DNA of 4,457 nucleotides from a virus (Duplodnaviria; Heunggongvirae; Uroviricota; Caudoviricetes): IMG/VR virus record IMGVR_UViG_2778261056_000003; one strand, 5' to 3'. Shown piece by piece: positions 1 to 3,972 of this stretch (position 1 is its first letter; each line of letters starts with the position of its first letter). The notes under the pieces were generated by a model. It saw only the letters and a program-made list of their open reading frames with translations, ran no database searches and was not told where the DNA came from. The position numbers and the translations under genes were made by a program.

Positions 1-77
1 ATTACCTCGTTGGATGTTGTTAAAATTCCATTTGTATTTGATCAGAACGCTCGGTCTTGCACACCGGGCGTTTTTTA
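1..77 (+). ncRNA. oop: oop-like antisense RNA, 3' portion; its promoter is probably at or beyond the 5' window edge
   Basis: Plus-strand transcript antisense to the 3' end of cII, ending in a hairpin plus T6 run at 48-76. Bases 43-80 (CAGAACGCTCGG...CCGGGCGTTTTTTATTGG) closely match the lambda oop/cII 3' region as I recall it. The position relative to the cII stop is the same as in lambda. Confidence 0.5.
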
Positions 78-319
78 TTGGTGATTTCATCAAGCGCATA
101 CTTAAAAGCCCTGCTAATCGGACTGATGTCTGATGCCATTCCTAAAGCACACAAGACCGAAGCAATAAATCTCCAGTCCGTTCTGCTTATCTTCGATTCA
201 TGACAGCCAATCATCTTTGCCAAACCGCGCTGGGTAAGCGTTGACAGGTTGATGAGTAAATCAGTTTCAGCGCGATCAATTTCTCGCTGTGTTGGCTTGC
301 TGTAACTTGCTTGTGTCAT
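20..319 (-). CDS. cII: CII-like transcriptional activator (lysogeny establishment)
   Basis: 99-aa ORF. The C-terminus ITNKKRPVCKTERSDQIQMEF matches the recalled lambda CII C-terminus (TNKKRPAATERSEQIQMEF). It sits downstream of cro on the same strand and overlaps the oop-like terminator at its 3' end. The TTGC-N6-TTGC box lies in codons 3-8, as in lambda. Confidence 0.9.
   Translation of the reverse strand: MTQASYSKPTQREIDRAETDLLINLSTLTQRGLAKMIGCHESKISRTDWRFIASVLCALGMASDISPISRAFKYALDEITNKKRPVCKTERSDQIQMEF
46..77 (+). terminator. Rho-independent terminator of the oop-like RNA
   Basis: Stem CGCTCGG (48-54) pairs with CCGGGCG (64-70), with one G-U pair and a 9-nt loop, followed by TTTTTT (71-76). 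It lies inside the cII coding 3' end on the opposite strand. Confidence 0.65.
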
Positions 320-335
320 TTCTTAATATTTCCAA
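297..335 (+). promoter_or_regulatory. PRE-like CII-activated promoter (repressor establishment), reading antisense through cro toward cI
   Basis: Direct repeat TTGC (297-300) - N6 (TGTAAC) - TTGC (307-310) flanks a poor -35. A -10-like TAATAT sits at 324-329, about 17 bp downstream. This is the same arrangement and position, overlapping the cII 5' codons, as lambda PRE. Confidence 0.6.
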
Positions 336-396
336 TAGTGAATAGTTAGTTGAAAGGTATGCGTGGAAACGCATATGACCTTAGTTGGTCAGATAT

Positions 397-440
397 CTTG
401 GGGCTCGCTTTGTCAGCGACGTAGGACGAATGTCCATTGT
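397..440 (-). promoter_or_regulatory. nutR-like N-utilisation site (boxA-like element plus boxB hairpin)
   Basis: On the minus-strand RNA, CGCUCUUUU (complement of 432-440) is boxA-like and starts 18 nt after the cro stop. UCGCU-GACAA-AGCGA (complement of 397-411) is a 5-bp stem with a GACAA pentaloop, the P22-type boxB loop. The boxA-boxB spacing of about 20 nt is longer than in lambda. Confidence 0.55.
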
Positions 441-457
441 GAAAAGAGCGGTGTTAC

Positions 458-691
458 TTATGCTGCTGATGCTCTACGCGATACGAACACCAGGTTTTCC
501 TTTTTCACGGGTTTATAGGCCGTGAAATTACGAGTAGCTTCTTCGATTGCATTCGCTTTATCAGGGGAAGCTCTTCGAAATCCATATGCAATCTGGTCAA
601 GATAGCCAACTGAAGTTTTCGCTAATGCGGCGAGTCGCTTCCATTCCTCACTAGAAGCCTCTTTTCGCCAGCGTAGTAGTTCATTACTCAT
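458..691 (-). CDS. cro: Cro-like HTH DNA-binding regulator (YdaS/Cro-type)
   Basis: 77-aa ORF, first gene transcribed divergently from cI. Strong SD (GGAGG, complement of 697-701) lies 5 nt before the ATG. The motif RASPDKANAIEEATRN resembles the YdaS/Cro-family signature (SPERC..IE.AT.G) from memory. Position is equivalent to lambda cro. Confidence 0.8.
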   Translation of the reverse strand: MSNELLRWRKEASSEEWKRLAALAKTSVGYLDQIAYGFRRASPDKANAIEEATRNFTAYKPVKKENLVFVSRRASAA

Positions 692-804
692 TAGTGCCTC
701 CGTTTATCATACAGAATAACTTTACCATTTTGATAAATCAACCGCAATGTAAATTTATCATATTGCGTATTTATCCATTTGCTAAATAGAGGGAAAATTG
801 TGAG
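692..804. promoter_or_regulatory. OR region: divergent PR (to cro) and PRM (to cI) with overlapping 17-bp operators
   Basis: 113-bp AT-rich intergenic region between divergent cro and cI. Operator candidates follow the palindrome TTTATC-N5-GATAAA: 703-719 TTTATCATACAGAATAA, 721-737 TTTACCATTTTGATAAA, 770-786 TTTATCCATTTGCTAAA, plus a half-site at 754-759. Candidate PR on the minus strand has -35 TTGCGG (complement of 742-747), a 17-bp spacer and -10 TAAAGT (complement of 719-724). Candidate PRM -10 is TAAATA at 783-788. Confidence 0.7.
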
Positions 805-1509
805 ATGGAAAACAAAGATATTCGCAAATCGAATCTGGCGTTTTTGCTAGATGAGCATAAAAAAATCGCGGGTAACACTAATGCAAGCTTTGCCGATAAG
901 CTTGGGGTTAGCCCTTCTCAACTCACGCAAGTCTCCGGTGAAAAAAGCACTCGAAACATAGGGGATAAACTAGCAAGAAAATTTGAAGCCGCACTTGGGT
1001 TACCTAATGGGTGGCTTGATTTGGTACATGATGTAACACCAATTGCATCATGCTCAGATTCTTTAACTTTTGTCGGTCAGGTAAGAAAAGGGTTAGTGCG
1101 CGTGGTTGGTGAGGCAATTCTTGGTGTTGATGGTGCCATCGAGATGACCGAAGAGCGCGATGGGTGGCTCAAAATTTATAGCGATGATCCAGATGCCTTT
1201 GGCCTTCGTGTGAAAGGAGACAGCATGTGGCCTAGAATAAAATCAGGAGAATATGTACTCATTGAGCCTAACACCAAAGTATTCCCGGGTGATGAGGTGT
1301 TTGTCAGAACCGTTGAAGGACACAACATGATTAAGGTTCTTGGCTATGACAGAGATGGAGAATACCAATTTACAAGCATCAACCAAGACCACAGGCCAAT
1401 AACGTTGCCTTATCATCAAGTAGCAAAGGTGGAGTATGTGGCTGGTATTCTGAAGCAATCTCGCCATCTGGATGACATCGAGGCAAGGGAGTGGCTGAAA
1501 AGTTCGTGA
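805..1509 (+). CDS. cI: CI-type prophage repressor (N-terminal HTH, C-terminal S24 LexA-like peptidase domain)
   Basis: 234-aa ORF. HTH-like segment FADKLGVSPSQLTQVSGEKS. GDSMWP motif with Ser140 and Lys177 (IKVL), 37 residues apart as in LexA. Divergent from the cro-like gene across an operator-rich region. Confidence 0.92.
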   Translation: MENKDIRKSNLAFLLDEHKKIAGNTNASFADKLGVSPSQLTQVSGEKSTRNIGDKLARKFEAALGLPNGWLDLVHDVTPIASCSDSLTFVGQVRKGLVRVVGEAILGVDGAIEMTEERDGWLKIYSDDPDAFGLRVKGDSMWPRIKSGEYVLIEPNTKVFPGDEVFVRTVEGHNMIKVLGYDRDGEYQFTSINQDHRPITLPYHQVAKVEYVAGILKQSRHLDDIEAREWLKSS

Positions 1510-1578
1510 CTTCATCGTCCCATAGCTGATAGCCAGTGGCCTGAAGAGACGTTTGGATGATTTTAAGGAAATATCTTC

Positions 1579-2019
1579 ATGAGAGAAGAAAAAATAATAA
1601 CAATCTACACAACGGCGGTAAAACCCGGGCTGGCAATCACTCCTTTTATGACACCAGATCCTATAATAGTGTCGGAAGAATACCCTTGTTCCGGCTCATT
1701 TTACCTAACTGCAATAATGTACTTCGAGCACGAAAAAAAATACACTACCGAACTTGATGTCGTATTCAATGGAGAATCGGTTTTACCTGATATCTCTAGC
1801 AATCAAGAGCAACTGCAAACATTTATGTTTTCTCCTGTCAATGAAAAATATGTTGTGGTTGGCACATATCTTTTCGTTAAAAACATCAAACTTATAGAAA
1901 CAGGAACATATGACATAATTTATCGCATCTTTGAAGACATTGATGGTAATCTTAGCGAAGTTATTGATGAAAAAAAATGCGCTCTTATTTCAACCACCCC
2001 GAACAGAGATAAGGAATGA
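1579..2019 (+). CDS. hypothetical protein, cassette gene A (no recognisable domain; predicted soluble)
   Basis: 146-aa ORF in distinctly AT-rich DNA. SD AAGGAA (1565-1570) lies 8 nt before the ATG. No terminator separates it from cI. Its stop overlaps the start of gene B (ATGA at 2016-2019). Confidence 0.75.
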   Translation: MREEKIITIYTTAVKPGLAITPFMTPDPIIVSEEYPCSGSFYLTAIMYFEHEKKYTTELDVVFNGESVLPDISSNQEQLQTFMFSPVNEKYVVVGTYLFVKNIKLIETGTYDIIYRIFEDIDGNLSEVIDEKKCALISTTPNRDKE

Positions 2020-2372
2020 AACGACATCTGTACGCTGTGCCTCTTGACAGGAGTAAAGTTGATAATTTTCCACATAACCACCATAATGATGAGACATATG
2101 GTGGTGGTAACGGTGGAGGTGGTGACATGTTACAGCGCATAAAAATTCTTGAAGATAAAGTCGCAACCATGGCGACCGACATCGCTGTAATTAAGTCTAA
2201 CTATGCAACATCTGCCAATGTAGAATCTGTTAAAACAGACATAGCTAATGCAAAAGCAGAACTTCACAGCGCAATGAGACTCCAAGCCATGGCTATTATT
2301 GGTTCAGTTCTTGCAGCCGTTGGAACTGGTGTTGGGTTAATAATAAAAATGATGCCATCACTACCTCACTAA
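2016..2372 (+). CDS. small Gly-rich, coiled-coil protein with C-terminal transmembrane anchor, cassette gene B
   Basis: 118-aa ORF coupled to gene A by an ATGA overlap. An alternative in-frame start at 2127 has a strong SD (GGAGG 2115-2119, 7-nt spacer) and would give 81 aa. Heptad-like segment LQRIKILEDKVATMATDIAVIK...; C-terminal hydrophobic helix AMAIIGSVLAAVGTGVGLII (coding about 2286-2354). Followed by an intrinsic terminator. Confidence 0.75.
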   Translation: MKRHLYAVPLDRSKVDNFPHNHHNDETYGGGNGGGGDMLQRIKILEDKVATMATDIAVIKSNYATSANVESVKTDIANAKAELHSAMRLQAMAIIGSVLAAVGTGVGLIIKMMPSLPH

Positions 2373-2382
2373 GAATCTACAC

Positions 2383-2410
2383 AACCCGGCCTCAGCGCCG
2401 GGTTTTCTTT
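2383..2410 (+). terminator. Rho-independent terminator ending the cI-geneA-geneB transcription unit
   Basis: Perfect stem AACCCGGC (2383-2390) pairs with GCCGGGTT (2397-2404), 6-nt loop, followed by a T-rich tail TTCTTT. It starts 11 nt after the gene B stop. Confidence 0.75.
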
Positions 2411-2588
2411 GCCTCTCGATCCCCCACCTAAAAAACATAACTCATTGTATTTATTGAAAAACTGATTGATACAACTTGCTAAACCACGCAATCCAGATCT
2501 CCCTCAAATCTCTTTATTTATCCTGTCGAATTCCTACAACAAAATAAAACACCATAAGAATCAATACGATATTTGAAAATCAAAAGGA

Positions 2589-2632
2589 TTTATCATTTTG
2601 CTATTGCCATTAATTTATCATTCCGATAAAGT
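2589..2632 (+). promoter_or_regulatory. OL/PL region: leftward early promoter with operators
   Basis: Operator 2614-2630 TTTATCATTCCGATAAA has perfect half-sites of the same palindrome as OR. A second site, 2589-2605 TTTATCATTTTGCTATT, lies 25 bp centre-to-centre away. Candidate PL has -35 TTGCCA (2604-2609), a 17-bp spacer and -10 TAAAGT (2627-2632), the same -10 hexamer as the PR candidate. It is oriented toward the N-like gene. Confidence 0.5.
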
Positions 2633-2700
2633 TTGCCCATCAGCAGGACGCACTACTCACCAGGGCGGTGAATATACAACGATTCGAATATGAATCTACG

Positions 2701-2715
2701 GCGCTGACAAAGCGC
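2701..2715 (+). promoter_or_regulatory. nutL boxB hairpin (P22-type)
   Basis: GCGCT-GACAA-AGCGC is a 5-bp stem with a GACAA pentaloop, identical to the P22 boxB-left RNA as I recall it. It lies in the leader between PL and the N-like gene. No convincing boxA was found upstream. Confidence 0.65.
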
Positions 2716-2976
2716 AATAACCAAAGTGAACTTTGGGGTGTGGTGAAGCCAGCTAGTCACTGGCAAGTGCTTACCTACTGTTGAGCGGTGAAGCGCTCCC
2801 AACGCTAGCAATAGCGTGGACGAGATGGGGAGCCGCGGGCGATAAGGCCGCCATAACGCGCACGTTGTCGCATGGAAAAATCACTGGGGTGCCGGTTATA
2901 CCCCTCCGAATGAGACTCAACAAGCTGGAGCTAGACTACCAGCCACCACACCACCAAAGTTCATCAGGAGGTCTAT

Positions 2977-3360
2977 ATGACACGCAGAACTCAGTTCAAA
3001 GGCAATTCACGTTCTCGTCGTCGTGAGCGTTTAAAGGCAAAGGCATTAGCTAACGGCGTACTGGCCCGCGAAGAAGCAATAAGTTCAGAAGTATTACACC
3101 GCCCTACTCTAAGCAGAGCGCAGATTCAGGCTAAAGGTACTCACGAAACGCCTGAGCGCATAGAAGACGCTAAGCCAATTAAGTTCATGGCACAGGACGT
3201 GATCTGGCAACAGAAAGAATACAGACGCAATCTGGAGCGAGCGGCCATTGTGTACGCGAATGAGTTTGGACATAAGCAACCAGAAACTGGTGTATGTCTT
3301 CCAAACGTAGCCATTTACGCGGCAGGCTACCGGAAATCAAAACAACTGACAGCGAGGTAA
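2977..3360 (+). CDS. N: N-family transcription antitermination protein (P22 gp24-like)
   Basis: 127-aa ORF. Strong SD AGGAGG (2966-2971) lies 5 nt before the ATG. N-terminal arginine-rich motif GNSRSRRRERLKAKALA. C-terminus PNVAIYAAGYRKSKQLTAR resembles the recalled P22 gene 24 protein C-terminus (PGVALYAAGHRKSKQITAR). First gene downstream of PL/nutL. Confidence 0.88.
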   Translation: MTRRTQFKGNSRSRRRERLKAKALANGVLAREEAISSEVLHRPTLSRAQIQAKGTHETPERIEDAKPIKFMAQDVIWQQKEYRRNLERAAIVYANEFGHKQPETGVCLPNVAIYAAGYRKSKQLTAR

Positions 3361-3363
3361 GTG

Positions 3364-3588
3364 ATGAATCAGACATACATTCCATCATGCTTGAGAAATC
3401 TGCCAAAGCAGAAAGCAAAGCCCCGCAAGCAAGCCATAAAGGACGCTAAGGCAGAGGTTATTGATCAAGCAATACAATTGCTCAGGAAGGAGTTAAGAAG
3501 TGGCAAGCTCGAAGGAATGATGATGCCCTATCAGCGCGGATATCTATCGGCGATTAGTAAGTTGGAAGTATTGAAGAGTGAATTATGA
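3364..3588 (+). CDS. hypothetical small basic protein (early-left operon)
   Basis: 74-aa ORF from the ATG at 3364 (the track starts at GTG 3361). SD GAGG (3354-3357) lies within the N stop region. Lys/Arg-rich and probably helical. No family recognised. Confidence 0.6.
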   Translation: MNQTYIPSCLRNLPKQKAKPRKQAIKDAKAEVIDQAIQLLRKELRSGKLEGMMMPYQRGYLSAISKLEVLKSEL

Positions 3589-3602
3589 ACTATCTGAATT
3601 TC

Positions 3603-3643
3603 CGGATGGTTCATTGTTTTGGCAGCAAACCACTTATTTGAGG
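3603..3643 (+). repeat. direct repeat copy 1 (duplicated leader / translation-initiation region)
   Basis: The 21-nt core GCAGCAAACCACTTATTTGAG (3622-3642) is identical to 3943-3963. Imperfect similarity extends upstream (CGGAT...TTTT) and downstream to GATA-N-ATG. Confidence 0.8.
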
Positions 3644-3778
3644 TGATATATGGAAGAACAAGCAAACAAGATTCTCGTAGAGCTACCGCAAGCCACGCAG
3701 TGAAATGGGTGTGACTTGTGTTGGTCGCCAGAAGCAACGCGGAAAATCAATTCCAGCTTATTACGATTGAGGTGAGCC

Positions 3779-3916
3779 ATGCTCAAGAAAGTCAAACGCC
3801 GACTTTACAAAGAAGGTAGATATTCATGCCAGTTGCCAAAATGCGACACAACAAAATGGAGTGTCGATGATTGGTGTAACTGGATAGATAGATACGGAAC
3901 TTGGTGGGATAAATAA
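3779..3916 (+). CDS. possible small protein, 45 aa, Cys/Trp-rich (not in the ORF track)
   Basis: ATG at 3779 preceded by SD GAGGTGA (3768-3774). Translation MLKKVKRRLYKEGRYSCQLPKCDTTKWSVDDWCNWIDRYGTWWDK, ending at TAA 3914-3916. Same strand as the early-left operon. It falls below the apparent length cutoff of the track. Confidence 0.35.
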   Translation: MLKKVKRRLYKEGRYSCQLPKCDTTKWSVDDWCNWIDRYGTWWDK

Positions 3917-3929
3917 CAGGTAACTTAAG

Positions 3930-3963
3930 CGGATTTATTTTCGCAGCAAACCACTTATTTGAG
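3930..3963 (+). repeat. direct repeat copy 2 (duplicated leader / translation-initiation region)
   Basis: Core GCAGCAAACCACTTATTTGAG at 3943-3963 is identical to 3622-3642. It lies immediately upstream of the ATG at 3973. Confidence 0.8.
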
Positions 3964-3972
3964 AGCTGATAC

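Noticed and set aside
1243-1515. 90-aa ORF on the minus strand inside cI
   Set aside because: It is fully antisense to the well-supported cI coding region, with no RBS context and no recognisable motif. Most likely a frame artefact.
1557-1757. 66-aa plus-strand ORF overlapping gene A in another frame
   Set aside because: Low-complexity product (KNNNNLHNGGK...). Its ATG overlaps the stop of the cI-fossil frame. Gene A in the alternative frame is longer and has a proper SD.
1985-2182. 65-aa minus-strand ORF antisense to gene B
   Set aside because: The Pro-rich product is just the reverse complement of the Gly-rich GGTGG repeats. No RBS.
2016-2372. Gene B as a holin/lysis gene of a lysis cassette
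   Set aside because: The context is the immunity region between cI and PL, with no endolysin or spanin nearby. A lysogen-expressed membrane effector fits better, though an XhlA-like fold is not excluded.
1579-2372. Cassette as a type II toxin-antitoxin pair
   Set aside because: Neither protein has an HTH or ribbon-helix-helix antitoxin-like domain or a recognisable toxin fold, and there is no promoter of its own. Cannot be fully excluded without profile searches.
2781-3026. 81-aa plus-strand ORF in the N leader
   Set aside because: It starts at TTG, lies in the GC-rich structured leader between nutL and N, and overlaps the N start with its strong SD. More likely leader RNA than protein.
3185-3418. 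77-aa minus-strand ORF
   Set aside because: Antisense to the well-supported N-like gene and the start of the next gene.
3603-3963. Possible CRISPR array
   Set aside because: Only two repeat copies, 321 bp apart, with no regular spacer periodicity. Better explained as a duplicated leader.
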